Positions 16,206 through 28,565 of a stretch of 64,000 nt of DNA are shown one piece after another. Source of the stretch: Octopus vulgaris (lineage: Eukaryota). The notes beneath the pieces are model-generated. The model was given only the letters and a program-made list of their open reading frames with translations, did not search any database and was not told the origin of the DNA. Numbering within the stretch: the stretch's first letter is position 1; each line of letters starts with the position of its first letter. The stretch is taken from NCBI GenBank assembly GCA_951406725.2, contig OX597822.1, forward strand, positions 106,020,001 to 106,084,000. The letters run 5' to 3'. Position numbers and translations under genes: made by a program.

Positions 16206-16380
16206 CAGCTATTGAGATCACCATTTGTTGCTTTAACACATTAGATTTACACTACAAGTAGGATCAAATGTTTGGTGGTCTAATTTCTAGCTATGGTATC
16301 GTGGTTAATATTAATATTAACCTTACTATAGATAGTGCTACGACTTGATACAATTATGTATATATATATATATATATATA

Positions 16381-16441
<61 letters not shown>

Positions 16442-16845
16442 GTGTGTATGCATATACAAATACATACAATGAATATATTTCATTCAGATATTATCTGTTG
16501 TTTCGGTGAACTTTCCAAAACACCTCGGCATTTTACCATTGTAGTTCGAACCAACTTCTTCAAGCCCTACTCCAACGTCTTAAAAACATAACCACACATT
16601 AGATAATTTAGTCTACGCATATCTGGTAGCCTGTTCTATCAGAAACGATGATTCTAAACACCAATCATAAAAAAGCGCTAACAATCTGTTAAAATTTATA
16701 CTAGCAATGTATATCAACATAAACCAATTCCTTCATCCTCCAATAAATCTTAGTAATTATTGTTAACCATCTTGGTGCCCTAGCATCACCGCACCTTTAA
16801 AGCTGAAACGGTGTAAAGAAATTAAAAATTAAAGAAAAATTCAGT

Positions 16846-17062
16846 AAGGCGGCGAGCTGGTAGAATCGTTTGCACGCTGAGATAAATGCTTAGCGGCATT
16901 TGGTCCGTCTTTGCATTCTGTATTCAAATTGTGCCAATATCTACTTTGCCTTTCATTCATTCAGGACTGATAAAATAAATACCAGTTGGGCACTAAGGTC
17001 GATATAATAGATTAGCCATACCTCAAAATTGCTGGCTTGGTGCCAGAAATTAGAATTATTAG
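16846..17062 (+). mobile_element. Old SINE of the AGGCGGCGAGCTGG family
   Basis: Diverged homolog of 55672-55902. Confidence 0.7.
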
Positions 17063-17091
17063 TAATCTGTGATATTCTTATCTATTTAATG

Positions 17092-17476
17092 TGGAAGCAC
17101 TCCATCGGTTACGACGACGAGGTTTCCGGTTGATCCGAATCAACGGAAAAGCCTGCTCGTGAAATTAACGTGTAAGTGGCTGAGCACTCCACAGACACGT
17201 ATATCCTTAACGTAGTTCTCGGGGATATTCAGCGTGACACAGAGAGTGACAAGGCCGGCCCTTTGAAATACAGGTACAACAGAAACAGGAAGCAAGAGTG
17301 AGAGAAAGTTGTGGTGAAATAGTACAGCAGGGATCACCACCATCCCCTGCCGGAGCCTCGCGGAGCTTTAGGTGTTTTCGCTCAATAAACACTCACAACG
17401 CCCGGTCTGGGAATCGAAACCGCGATCCCATGACCGCGAGTCCGCTGCCCTAACCACTGGGCCATTGCGCCTCCAC
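17092..17476 (-). mobile_element. tRNA-derived SINE (same family as 3328)
   Basis: TSD CTATTTAATG at 17082-17091 and 17477-17486. Confidence 0.9.
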
Positions 17477-17935
17477 CTATTTAATGAGAAATATACAACA
17501 TAGCTATGGCAAAATCTAGAGTGTTTCGAAGTTATTTTCGAAAGGAACAACGTTGTGTAAGAAATGAATATCTCATCTGGGAATTTATATATGTAATCAA
17601 ACATTTAATGCGGTGTGAATTAAATACGGTTCAATGGATGATCAAAATGGATTTAGATATTTATCTGGAGGCTTTCGTTCGTGATCAACAATGCATTTAT
17701 AGTTTCTATTGGCCTAAACGACTCTAGTAAGTCTTGTAAGTTAAACGGAAGATATTCCCTACAGGTATTATTGAAATTAATCTTAACATAACAAATACTT
17801 AGGTGTATTTAACCTCCCAAGATTATGGCTTGGGATCTAATTTTGAATGTGCTTTAGGGATATGTAGAAATAAGAGTATTGCATACGATCTTAGAGTAGA
17901 ACGACTGAGTGAAGTGAAGAACAGAACGCAGGATG

Positions 17936-18026
<91 letters not shown>

Positions 18027-18275
18027 GTATATATATATATATATAAATATCTGAGTGAGATATAAACAGCAGCAATACGGAATCGTAACCTACAATTGCC
18101 AACTGACGTTTATAATCCTAGGAAGCGATCCCTTCCAGCTGGTTAACGACACACATTCTGTGTCCGATTAGTATTTGCGAGGTGAGTTCATCGCTCCCAT
18201 CCCTAGCCTTACGTGATACACACGGACTCGAGTTTCTGGGTGGTTACCCGTCCTCAGTGTGTGTTAGTCACCAGC

Positions 18276-20475
18276 TATTTCCTTTATTATAGGCACAAGG
18301 CCTGATATATAGAAGGGACATACAACTGACATGCGGGGACATAAAGATGGATGAGAAATGAAATGAACGTAAATATGAAGCAAAGGAGACGGCCATTTCG
18401 CTACCGCTGTGAGATGAACCGTGAATACCTTTACAAGACTTTATGATTAAACATACAATTAAACTTTACAATTAACTTAACAATCAGACTTTACAATTAA
18501 CTTTAAAACTACCTCTAGTTTCGTTACAACGCGAAACTGACCTCTCCTTTCATTTTTTCCTTTAATTTAACCGCTCATATGTGTCCTTTTACAACAGCAA
18601 ATTAAACTTTTTTTCTCTTTTTTATACAACTTTTAATTACTTGCCCATTCATCAGTTCTTTTTCTATTATTTTCTTTTTGTTTAAGACAATTTACAATGT
18701 TCATGTTTTTTTTTTCCGTTGTAATTTTTCCACAAATTTATCATCCTTACTTTTTTCATCCTATCTCGTTATGTTTTTCTCCATGTTTCTGTTTCCCTCG
18801 ATGTTCCTTTCGTTTTCCATTTACTTCTAGTCCTTCTCTCCACTGTACTTCGATAGTCTGTATTTTGTCGCATTCTTGCTTTTCTGTATCTCCATCCAAC
18901 TGCAATTCCCCACCTTTCATCTGTATACCTTTGTCATACGCCTCCTGGCTCTTTTGCTCGATTTCCTCGTCGCTTTGCACCTCCACCTACTCTTCTGATT
19001 AGTTCTTCTTCGTTTTCTGTTCCTTGTTGCATTCCTTCTTCCATACCCTTGTGCCTTTTTGTTTCTGCTATTGTCGGTGACTTCTTTCTTTCACGCCTTC
19101 TGCTTTTTGTCTCTTCTAGTCTTTCTTTTTCTGCCAGTTCTCTTTCCCTTTGTTCTTCCATTATTTCTTATTGTATTTCTCTTGTTATTTCCTCAACTGA
19201 ATTACAATTTTTTTTTGTTTTGTTTTGTGCCTTCTTAGTCCGCACCTGTAATACTTAGGTAGTCATCCAGTAAGAATAATATCCAGCCTCTCTCCTGTCG
19301 GCATCTCTATCGCTTCAGGCACTTCCTTATAATATTCTGGGATTATGGATCCGATTATTTCAATGCCGTAACCCAGAAATTCCAACATTCGCTTCTGCTT
19401 ACCAGCTGAAACTTTTGGCTTCCTTTTTGCAGCCTTGGACCAAAAATGGCCACCATTACCCACTCAGGTTCTATCATTGGAGGTACTCTTCCAACTCTAA
19501 TTTTTATCAATGTTTTCCCTGAAGTGCTAGGCAATAGAGACCATTTCATCCCTTCTATCACCTGTTTACAATTTGTCGCTGCACCTTCATTTTCGAATAT
19601 GGCTGCCACAGTCCCGTATTCCTTTCCTCTATCGAAGAAGATTATTTTCTCTTCAATGCTGCTCATAATTAGTTTTTTCTATTTCTTCTTCTGGAGCTTT
19701 CTCTACTTTTACTTGTTTCAGTCATTTGACTGCGGCCATGCTGGAGCACCGCCTTTAGTCGAGCAAATCGACCCCGGGACTTATTCTTTGTAAGCCCAGT
19801 ACTTATTCTATCGGTCTCTTTTGCCGAACCACTAAGTGACGGGGACGTAAACACACCAGCATCGGTTGTCAAGAAATGCTAGGGGGACAAACACAGACAC
19901 ACAAACACATATACACACTTATATATATATACATATATACGACAGGCTTCTTTCAGTTTCCGTCTACCAAATCCACTCACAAGGCATTGGTCGGCCCGAG
20001 GCTATAGCAGAAGACACTTGCCCAAGATGCCACGCAGTGGGACTGAACCCGGAACCATGTGGTTGGTTAGCAAGCTACTTACCACACAGCCACTCCTACT
20101 CTTCTATTTTCGTTCGAAAAAGTTCGAAAGATTACAGTTTTCTTCTCAAAAATCTCTTCTTCGGGTATTACTAGACTTACTTTTGTTTCTCCAGCTTCCA
20201 CCATACTGCTGTACTTTTTCAATTTCTTTACATCCCATTCTATTTGTTCCTGCTTCAGTCCGCGTGTATTCTTGGCTTCCCGCGTTTCCGCAGTCTCCGC
20301 ATACGTCTTCATTTCATCTGCTTTCTTCATTCCGCCCAACATCACGGCTTCGTATCGAATCGACCTCACTTTCCAAAACACGCAGAAGAGTGATAATCGC
20401 CAGCTAGTGATGAAAACTCATTCAACTCGCAAAATACTCTATACTTTCCAGCGACAAACTGTCGCTGATCTCGAA
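18276..20475 (-). mobile_element. Degraded ORF1-only non-LTR element (L1/Tx1-type ORF1 with remnant zinc knuckle), interrupted by a SINE
   Basis: Minus-strand frames ...KTVIFRTF...GKEYGTVAAIF...KIRVGRVPPMIEPEW...LDIILTG*LPKYYRCGLRRH...NC, then a K/E-rich region; no EN/RT seen; ends GGCCTTGTGCCTATAATAAAGGAAATA. Confidence 0.6.
19700..20099 (-). mobile_element. tRNA/CORE-like SINE, full length
   Basis: Head TGGCTGTGTGGTAAG...GGTTCAGTCCC, CORE-like CTTGGGCAAGTG and an internal microsatellite. Confidence 0.85.
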
Positions 20476-20543
20476 AAAGGAGAAATAAGATATACTAAAT
20501 CTCTGATCGAGATATAAACAGTGGCAATACGGAATCGTAACAT

Positions 20544-20778
20544 ATATATTTCTTAACTACCCACAAGGGGCTAAACACAGAGGGGACAAACAAGGACAGA
20601 CAAACGGATTAAGCCGATTACATCGACCCCAGTGCGTAACTGGTACTTAATTTATCAACCCCGAAAGGATGAAAGGCAAAGTCGACCTCGGCGGAATTTG
20701 AACTCAGAACGTAGCGGCAGACGAAATACCGCTAAGCATTTCGCCCGGCGTGCTAACGTTTCTACCAGCTCGCTGCCT
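20544..20778 (-). mobile_element. SINE, AGGCGGCGAGCTGG family (young)
   Basis: TSD TCGTAACAT at 20535-20543 and 20779-20787; near-identical to the copies at 53236 and 55672. Confidence 0.85.
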
Positions 20779-21108
20779 TCGTAACATTTTGTTGTTTTTG
20801 TAAAATCTCAGAAAATAATAAAAAATTCACATGCCAGCCAAGTGTGGCGTCCAAAACAGGACAGTGCTACTGACGTTTTATAACCCCATGAAGACATCTC
20901 TTCAAGCTGGCAAACGACACACATTTTGTGTCTGATTAGTATTTGCGAGAGGGGGTCATAGCTCCCTTCTCTAGCCTTACGTGGAGTAAGTTTTCCTCAC
21001 TAGCTGGTGATTAACATACGCTGTATCCCGTAATGTTCCGATAAGGTAAGATCAACAAACATGTACCCCATCCAATGTGAGACAAACATCATTTAATGTA
21101 CTCAGTAT

Positions 21109-21494
21109 GGAATGGAAGCACTCTGTCGGTTACGACGACGAGGGTTCCGGTTGATCCGAATCAACGGAACAGCCTCCTCGTGAAATTAACGTGTAAGTGG
21201 CTGAGCACTCCACAGACACGTGCACCCTTAACGTAGTTCTCGGGGATATTCAGCGTGACACAGAGAGTGACAAGGCCGGCCCTTTGAAATACAGGTACAA
21301 CAGAAACAGGAAGTAAGAGTGAGAGAAAGTTGTGGTGAAAGAGTACAGCAGGGATCACCACCATCCCTGTCGGAGTCTCGTGGAGCTTTAGGTGTTTTCG
21401 CTCAATAAACACTCACAACGCCCGGTCTGGGAATCGAAACCGCGATCCTACGACCGCGAGTCCGCTGCCCTAACCACTGGGCCATTGCGCGTCC
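21109..21494 (-). mobile_element. tRNA-derived SINE (same family as 3328)
   Basis: TSD GTACTCAGTAT at 21098-21108 and 21495-21505. Confidence 0.9.
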
Positions 21495-22223
21495 GTACTC
21501 AGTATAAGATACGCGCTACTAACTGTTTCTGGCTGTGACGACACGTATCTTCGCTGGTCTTTATAACTACTTAATTCCACATCCGAAACTTTCTGCAAAT
21601 ACAAGCATTTGGACAAATTTCTTACGGTGAACCGGAGGAGACCACCGTCACCTGATTCAGTAGCTCTCTCACTCTCTCTCTCTCTCTGTTGGTCTTCAAC
21701 TAATTTAATTATGACTTCTTCAGTCAAAGGAAACGTAACTGTAGTGTTTATCCTCCCCACTCCATTTTATTTGCTCTTCCACCTTTTTTGCATTATCGTT
21801 TTTTTGTTTCGTTCTCATTGTGGTTTCTCGTGTGCTAGCAGTCTGATGTTCACATAGAACTGACCATCAACTTAGAGCCTCAGGGTTGCTGTGAGACACG
21901 AATTACGTTATAAAGACTTGCCTAGCCTCGTGTCTTCACAGCAACTAACAGTTAGTAGTTCTTATCTTTACACTGTGTACATTAATTGATATAAACACAT
22001 ATGACTATTTATGCATGTATGAATGTATGTATTTTTGTTTGTATGTATACACGTACGTACATACGTACGTACGTATGTATGTATGTATGTATGTATGTAT
22101 GTATGTATGTATGTATGCATATAAGTTTGTGTATAGGAAAGGCGGCTGGTTATTTTTAGATATTTGCTTTACACTTTCGAGAGAAATAAAATTTATTAAT
22201 TTTGCATATGTACACACATACAC

Positions 22224-22272
<49 letters not shown>

Positions 22273-22359
22273 TAAACACACATGTATTGTATTGTATATT
22301 TTTCGCATATATCTAATATCTATGTATACATGCATATATATATATATATATATATATAC

Positions 22360-22525
22360 AAGGTGGGAGAAAAAAGTACTCAAACACCGGAGGTAGAGTA
22401 ATATGCTTCATTATAACTGAAGCTGCAAGGTCATCACAAAAGTATCACTAAAAAAGTGCTACACACTGTTTCACGTTCCGTCCGTCGGACAGTTTAGATT
22501 GAGAATCTCAAATAATAAAGTATAT
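22360..22525 (-). mobile_element. (TA)n-inserted short element with a degenerate hammerhead-like motif (family C)
   Basis: Minus strand CCGACGG-ACG-GAA-CGT-GAAAC-AGTGT-GTA; flanked by TA-rich repeats. Confidence 0.45.
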
Positions 22526-22596
22526 TATAAAAAGGTATATACATATACATGTATGTGTATATATATATATATGTATGTGTATGTGTCATTCAAAAT

Positions 22597-22804
22597 GTGA
22601 CCGCCTGTGTACCGTTGGCGATTTTTTTCCCTCTGTCTTCCCTTCTCTGGATCTTTCCTTCTCCTATGTTTCCGACGAAGAGCTCCGCTCGAAATGTTAA
22701 ACCCTCCTTCTTTCCTTCTTTCCTGAGCGTCCAATAATACTATATCTGTTCCACATCCTCGCGTTGTTGTGTTTTCTCTTTGTGTTTTCATGTTTGGATT
22801 AACT
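22597..22804 (+). mobile_element. (TA)n-inserted element, family B, hammerhead-like
   Basis: GTTT-CCGACGA-A-GAGC-TCC-GCTC-GAAAT-GTT-AAAC at 22668-22702; homologous to 60467-60668. Confidence 0.7.
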
Positions 22805-23081
22805 ATATATATATATATAGAAATTCAGGGTGAGTACTTGATAATTGTACATATATATATATGTATATGTATATATATACGTATATATAATAATAAATAT
22901 TAGGGAATAAATCCAAATTTACAGGGAAAAAATCAGATTTAGGATTAAATCCAATTTTATAGTAAAATATTATATAATATTAATTCGAGACAAAACCACT
23001 ATTTTGCAAAACAAACAAGGAAAGACTTAATCGTATACGTATATATATATATATATGTATATGTATATATTTATATATATG

Positions 23082-23151
<70 letters not shown>

Positions 23152-24555
23152 TGTATATGTATATATATATATATGTATATGTATGTGTATATATATATAT
23201 GTGTGTGTGTATATATATATATGTGTGTGTGTATATATATATATGTGTGTGTGTATATATATATATATATATGTACGTTTATATATATATATATATACAC
23301 TTGGAAAAGGATGCGTGGCGTTCGATCATATAATAAAACAAGTAATATATAAATATATACATACATACTTACATATGCATGCATATGTATGTGTATGTGT
23401 CTGCGTTCATTCGCACACGAACACAATATTGAAAAGACTAATGGAAACCTGCATTTCTCATGCGGAACCCTCTATAATTTTCTTAATTGAAGTTCATTAG
23501 GATCCAGTTTTAGAAGTTCACGCTTAAGATGATTCGCTACAGCCTTTTTTTAATTTTTTATTATTATTGTTTTTCACTTGCTGATTTGGTAGCGTGCATA
23601 AAAATTTCCATCATTACACTTAAATTCATTATTTAATGACATTTCACCTCCGATAAACCTATTTCGGAGAAGGTGAATGCACATGATAAGTTTCTTCATT
23701 ATTTTTGGCTGCTGGTAATTATTTACCATTTCATATTAGGTCATATCTCAGAGTAAGGTTAATGAGATGTTCAAAAAAGCCGTAATGACTATGGCACTCT
23801 CCTTGACATTTCCTTCTATATTATCACTCTTATGCTCATCGATAATTTCTCATTCCTCTAGGCATGTATTTGATTTGTACTTTGACGGTGGTAATTTATT
23901 TTCTGGAAAGCTAGTTACATGATCATATAATTTGTCCGTTGTTTTTATTTCTAAATTTTGAGTGTATCTACTTTTATTTCGTGGAATCCATTCATCATTA
24001 TCGTCTTCCTTAAATAGTTGTTTACGTTAGGCATCATTTTGTACTTTAGGCCGAAACGTGTAAAATTAAAGTTTTAATATGCTGGTGTGAAAATCTGTCC
24101 TTTTCAGAGAATTTTTATCTTGCCTTTATAGGTTCTTTTGTTGTTCAACATGCAATTATAGGATTTATGTTGCTTTTTCTTCCTATGGTATTGTCTCATC
24201 TCTTCTTTCGCCTACTCTGGCAAATTCCAACTAATCAGAGAGCCGTGAAGAAGAATCTGTGTCACTTGTTACAATGTGTAGTCCTCTCTCACCCTCACTC
24301 ACTATTCCTATGTAACATGCTTATATCGTACTCAATGAAAGGCACTCATATCGAGTAACACATATAGCATTTAATATATCATCTAGTAAGTTATATGCAG
24401 AAGATCCCTAACCGTTATACGTGATAAACATTAATCCAATAATTTATTGAATGTACATGTACAAATATAAGGATACAATTTAATAGTAATAATTTGAATA
24501 TTGAATCAAAATTAGTGCAGTCATTGTCTGTATACATAATGAATACTGCAAATCC

Positions 24556-25021
24556 CCAGTGCGTACTATATACGAGGTTAAAAATGAAACATATTTTCTA
24601 AGCAATGTCCGAGTCTCTATTTGCTGTCCGGCGATGTTTATTCAGACGCATTTTGTGATGTTGGGCGCGAAAATACCTTAAGCTAAGCCTGAAAACAATG
24701 AAGTCATAAAAGAATCATCCATAACTTGCAGTAAGCAACATTTATTAAACGTTATTACTGTTATTTCTTTATTTTCTGCAAACAAAATGCACAAAAATGC
24801 TACACAAAATGCACAAAAATGCTATGTTATATATACAATAATAATACAGGACGTTACCGTATACATTTTTACAAACCAAGGGCGTTATCTAGACCTCCTT
24901 GACTCATGTTTGAGAAGGGGTGCGTATTATACACAAGGTTTAAATTTCTCAGAGGTACAGCCCCCTAAAAATCCCCTGCGCATTATACTCAAGGGTAGAG
25001 TATACTCGAAGATTTACGGTA
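24556..25021. mobile_element. Pogo/Tigger-like (Tc1-mariner) non-autonomous remnant
   Basis: Terminus ...TATACTCGAAGATTTACGGTA with subterminal GCGTATTATAC/GCGCATTATAC repeats; the other end is not clear. Confidence 0.5.
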
Positions 25022-25844
25022 GCATAAAAATAATATATAACGAATCACTACGCAGAAACCTTTCTGTGGTACCTCACATTTAGACAGTACCACAAAGTGA
25101 TCCGATTTTTGCCGATTCGATGTATAAATAAACTTAACCATTTTATCAATATTTTATTAATTGATATCATTTATTATTTTCCACCAGTTTTAATAAATTT
25201 GTTGTAATTACTTTCTTCATTCCTGTGTCCAGATTGGGCTTAGACCAATCTGGAATTAGCTTTCGTGTTACAGTTTCTATTCATTTTCTTGAGATGAAAA
25301 AAAAAAGCTTCGTCTTGATAAAAAGCATTTTTCTTTCTATTAATGAAATTGTTTCGCTACCGAAATCTTCTAGAATTGACTTTATATCTTTGACGACTGA
25401 TTCAGTAATTGCGATATGGAATTACCAAAAGAAGCAATACTAACAACTCGTTCATGACAAATGAAGGAATTCGTAAATACTATGAGCTAACAGTAAAACG
25501 AACAACAACAAAAAAAATGATGATGCAACCAACCCGAATAACATCCGCATCGATTCTAGTGCAAATGAAGATTATGTAATAATTAATGATCATAGCAACC
25601 GTTTTCATGGTAGTGTTCTTGCTAGTGGTGATAACCCCACTGCCTCTTATGTGACCCCGGATTATTCGCATAATTCTATAGAATCTAACAATAGTTATCC
25701 CTCTCTGCGGTCTTTGAATAACACTAGAGCAAGGAAGCTTATAGTGAGTGTGTAATTTCTTAAAACTCTTGGACTGTTGGAAATTATTCAATTTATTTCT
25801 GTTTCTTCTTGTGAGTATTTCCATCAACAATTTCTATGATATGA

Positions 25845-26407
25845 GACCTGCATACACTGGAAGCTATGCCAACATTATGGAATAACAACAGAAAAAAGAT
25901 GGTATAGGCACACACCAGAAAAGGTCACAGAAAACGAGAAAGCAACCATACTCTGGGATATGCCAATACACACAGATAGAGAAATTAAGGCCAACAGGCC
26001 AGATATAGTTGTCAGAGATCATGAAGAAAAATATGCTTTCTAATTGATGTATCAATACCAGCAGATGACAACGTGTCACTAAAAGAAATGGAGAAACTTT
26101 CAAAATACAAAGACCTGGAAATAGAGGTAACCAGAATGTGGAATCTAAAAACAGAAACAATTCCTATTATAGTAGGTGCATTAGGTATGATAAAAAATAT
26201 TCAGACAAATACATAATAAAAACACCAGGACTTACAAATATATATAACATACAGAAAATTCCACTACTGGGCACTGCACACATCCTACGCAGAACGCTTT
26301 CAATACAGTAACCATCAGAGCATCACAACGAACCACAACACATACCCAAGGCACACAGAGCTGCGCTCGGTAGTGAAGTGAAAGCACGCTATGAAAATAA
26401 AACTACC

Positions 26408-26410
<3 letters not shown>
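25845..26410 (+). mobile_element. 3' end of an R4/Dong-clade LINE (restriction-like endonuclease domain)
   Basis: IHWKLCQHYG...ILWDMPIHTDREIKANRPDIVV...LIDVSIP.D.NV..KE.EK..KYKDL...PIIVGALG; followed by (TAA)n at 26410-26487. Confidence 0.85.
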
Positions 26411-26491
<81 letters not shown>

Positions 26492-26515
26492 TGTGAATAT
26501 TGTTATATTTTTCAG

Positions 26516-26915
26516 ACTATGACTATCACTGGTGTTCTTAAAACTGCCCGCCTTCTGCGACTTCTACGCGTACTTCGAAGAATCGAACAGTTCGCAGAAT
26601 ATGGAGCTGCTGTTCTATTACTCTTGATGGTATCTTTCACTCTTATAGGCCATTGGTTGGCCTGTATTTTTTACGCCATCGCAAACATGGAACGGCCTCA
26701 TTTGAAAGCAAAGGTTGGTTGGCTAGACAACCTGGCCCAAACGTTAAATGAGCCGTATCTGCCAAACGACACCACTAGTGGGCCCAGCATTCGGACCAAA
26801 TATCTCACAGCACTCTATTTCACCTTCACCAGTCTCACCAGCATCGGGTTTGGAAACGTTGCACCCAATACCAATGCTGAGAAGATATTTTCCATATTTG
26901 CTATGTTGCTGGGAT
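26516..26915 (+). CDS. KCNH2: Internal exon of an Erg-subfamily (KCNH2/6/7-like) voltage-gated K+ channel: S4, S4-S5 linker, S5, turret, pore helix/filter, start of S6
   Basis: Translation [37 protein letters not shown]...GWLDNL...[35 protein letters not shown] matches h[12 protein letters not shown]...EYGAAV...GFGNV.PNT. Acceptor ttttcAG at 26514-26515; donor GTAAGT at 26916 (phase 1). The symbol denotes the Erg subfamily, not one-to-one orthology. Confidence 0.95.
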
Positions 26916-27010
26916 GTAAGTATACCGTTTTAACATCATCATCATCGTTGTCTTAGTGCCATAATTTTCGTCATCATCATCATCATCATCATCATCATTA
27001 TTATTATTAT

Positions 27011-27420
27011 ATGTTTGACTTTTGCGTTGTATTTGTACAAGCTGACACCAAAGACCTCAAGAGACAAGTTAGAAGTTCAAGTTGCTGTTATGCCTAGGGT
27101 GTCATATATTTGTTTTTGCATATTCTAGAGAATATTTATAAGAAAATTATAAGTTTGTTTTAAAATTTGAGATTACATAGACAGTATTTTACGTAGGATA
27201 TGGGTAGTTCTCATGAACACTATCTTTTGAATATCTGCCACTTTGGAGCTTCCTGGTATCTGAGCTATGTAGGAATCAGCTCCTTTTGCACTTATCACAA
27301 CAGTCTTGAAGTTCCAGATTTTGCTAATATCTATTTCAAGATCTTTATACATGCTCAGTTTTGATAGGTCTTGACAGATGCATTTATGTCGATTGGGACA
27401 GTCATATCAAGGAGGAGACT
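27011..27420 (-). mobile_element. 3' end of a second, diverged R4/Dong-like LINE
   Basis: Minus strand LLDMTVPIDINASVKTYQKLSMYKDLEIDISKIWN...IQKIVFMRTTHILRKILSM*, ending at an (ATA/ATG)n array. Confidence 0.75.
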
Positions 27421-27435
27421 TGATTTTATTATTAT

Positions 27436-27996
27436 TATTGAGTGAGAGAGCAGTTCATGCCATCAAAGTGACACTGGGGTAAAATATACGAAGCCCAATA
27501 TACCCATCATGACTACCCGTCTGATAAGGGTACACCAGGCACATGCATCACAACCATATGTGCGCGACATGGTGATCTCATATCAAGGTAAACAGCGCAT
27601 GACCTTGCAGGTGGGGCCCAGTTAGAATTGTCTTCAGGTCGAGTAGCCCATCCCGCTCAAAAGGTCCCTGAATAAGGGTTGTTTAAGGATGTTGAAAGAA
27701 CCACCCATTTTTCCAGAGGTGAATTATTCAAACCCCAAAGAATCCCTCTCAACACATGGCTATGACGCTCCCCCACTACTTCTGCTCGTGATCAGAGATG
27801 CGCATATCGTCAGCCACTAAGGACATGCTCAACTGGTTATGGTCAAACAACTGACAAGCAAATCTGTGGTATTGAGCAGAATATTTGCTGTAGCCCATCT
27901 TTTATACCAAGACAAAACAATGTACATGATGACACTTCCAATCAGTTAAGATCAGAAGCCATGAGAGCCACTGCCTGGTACTGCATCAGGGCATTA
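27436..27996. repeat. Unclassified ~560-bp interspersed element (copy 1)
   Basis: Collinear with 28064-28545; bounded by (TTA)n. Confidence 0.7.
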
Positions 27997-28063
27997 CACT
28001 GCCTGGTATAGGCATATTATTATTATTATTATTGTTGTTGTTGTTGTTGTTGTTGTTGCTGCT

Positions 28064-28545
28064 GTTGAGTGAGAGAGCAGCGCATGCCATCCAAATGTCA
28101 CTGGGGTACAAATATACGAAGCCCAGTATACCCATCATGACTACGCATCTGATATGGGTACACCAAGCATATGTTCGCGACATGGTGATCCCATATTTAG
28201 ATAAACAGCGCATGACCTTGCAGGTGGGGGACCAGTTAGAATTTTCCTCTTGCTCAAAAGGTCCCTGAATAATGGTTCTTTAAGGCTATTGAACGAAACA
28301 CCAGGGTTTCAGTTCCCAAAGAATTACTCTCTACAAATGGTTATGATGCACCCATATGCACATAAGGGACATGTTTGAACGGTTAGATTCAAGCATGTAA
28401 CAAGCAAATCTGTGATATTTAGCAGAATATTTGCTGTAGCCCATCTTTTGCACCAAGACAAACATGCCTATACTAACCATTCCAAACAGTTAAGATCAGT
28501 AGCTCTGAGAGCCACTGAAAGATATTGCATCACGACATAACTACT
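28064..28545. repeat. Unclassified element (copy 2, diverged, with internal deletions)
   Basis: TTGAGTGAGAGAGCAG...CAGTTAAGATCAG..GAGAGCCACTG shared with copy 1. Confidence 0.7.
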
Positions 28546-28565
28546 GCTTAGTATTGCATCAGAGA

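Noticed and set aside
21885-21945. 17-bp inverted repeat GTTGCTGTGAGACACGA / TCGTGTCTTCACAGCAAC as a pre-miRNA
   Set aside because: The stem is too short and the 26-nt loop too large; no other support.
26916-26956. ORF extension [13 protein letters not shown], and the 5' extension of the 56798 ORF
   Set aside because: Read-through into intron beyond canonical splice sites.
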